From positions 1 to 24,437 of the IMG/VR virus record IMGVR_UViG_3300005804_000006: 24,437 bases of DNA; one strand, written 5' to 3'. The notes under the pieces are model-generated. The model did not search any database. It saw only the letters and a program-made list of their open reading frames with translations, and was not told the origin of the DNA. The DNA is from a virus. Taxonomy: Duplodnaviria > Caudoviricetes. Numbering within the stretch: position 1 is the first letter of the stretch; every line of letters starts with the position of its first letter. Positions 23,840-24,437 of this stretch are shown here, piece after piece. The position numbers and the translations under genes were made by a program.

Positions 23840-24437
23840 ATGGATAAGAAAGAATACGCCGAAAAGAAACAAGCCGAAGTCAAAGCCATGATGAAAGAGC
23901 TTGCAGACAAGCTCGTTTCTTCGGAAGAAGTCGCCGGATTTTTGAACAAAAAAATGTACATTTTGAATGACGGATCTATTCCGTGCGCTAAGTGGTCAAT
24001 TATGAATCAATTTCATATTCTGACACTCGGAACGTGCGACGCTCGCGGATACGACCAGTGGAAGCAAGCCGGACGCCAAGTCAAGAAAGGCGCACATGCC
24101 GCTCATATTCTTGTTCCGTGTTTTAAAAAAGAAGAGAACGACGGAGAAGAAATTGAAATCCTCAAGTTCTTCAAAACCGTTCCAGTTTTTCGTGCCGAAG
24201 ACACCGAAGGTGAAGCGCTTCCGTATGCAGACAAGCTCGCGGCGCTGAATGAAAACGTTCCAGCCCTTCCGCTTCTCGAAGTCGCTAAGAAACTTGAACT
24301 TTCCGTCTCATTCAGTTTCTCACCTGGGGCGTATTACGGCTATTTCTGCGCTTCCGAAAATAGAATTGTCCTCTGCACCGATGCCGAACAGACCTTTTTC
24401 CATGAGCTTGCACACGCCGTAGATCACAAGCTAGGTT
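23840..24437 (+). CDS. ArdC-like ssDNA-binding/zincin antirestriction protein (runs off window)
   Basis: WSIMNQ, RGYDQWKQAGRQVKKG, VPVF..EDTEG, then FFHELAH (HExxH). Confidence 0.8.
   Translation, partial: MDKKEYAEKKQAEVKAMMKELADKLVSSEEVAGFLNKKMYILNDGSIPCAKWSIMNQFHILTLGTCDARGYDQWKQAGRQVKKGAHAAHILVPCFKKEENDGEEIEILKFFKTVPVFRAEDTEGEALPYADKLAALNENVPALPLLEVAKKLELSVSFSFSPGAYYGYFCASENRIVLCTDAEQTFFHELAHAVDHKLG

Overview
This is part of a tailed-phage (or prophage) genome, read mostly on the minus strand. The host is probably a spirochaete, inferred from a Treponema-style SSB and Treponema-style attC sites. The packaging and head genes (terS, terL, portal, gpF-like minor head, prohead protease/scaffold, head decoration protein, major capsid 5' end) are not contiguous: kilobase blocks of accessory genes separate them, and related promoters precede the terminase operon, portal and protease. 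The most striking feature is a three-unit integron-type gene-cassette array with no integrase in the window (about 13621-15072), between terL and portal. It has two canonical attC sites and one degenerate one, and each cassette's own start octamer is exactly complementary to its own end octamer. In two cassettes, and weakly in the third, the 5' leader also pairs with the gene's 3' end. Other notable items: an RlmN/Cfr-like radical SAM gene next to a large adenine MTase and followed by a 25-bp hairpin; an ASCH / 40-aa peptide / PAPS-reductase-like / ParB module feeding into the terminase genes; a repeated GEM motif and a nested scaffold start in the protease; two divergent 5' leaders sharing a covarying pseudoknot-like fold; a Zn-ribbon + Sm-like protein; and a bL12-CTD-like protein. 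All calls come from reading motifs by eye; no database search was run.
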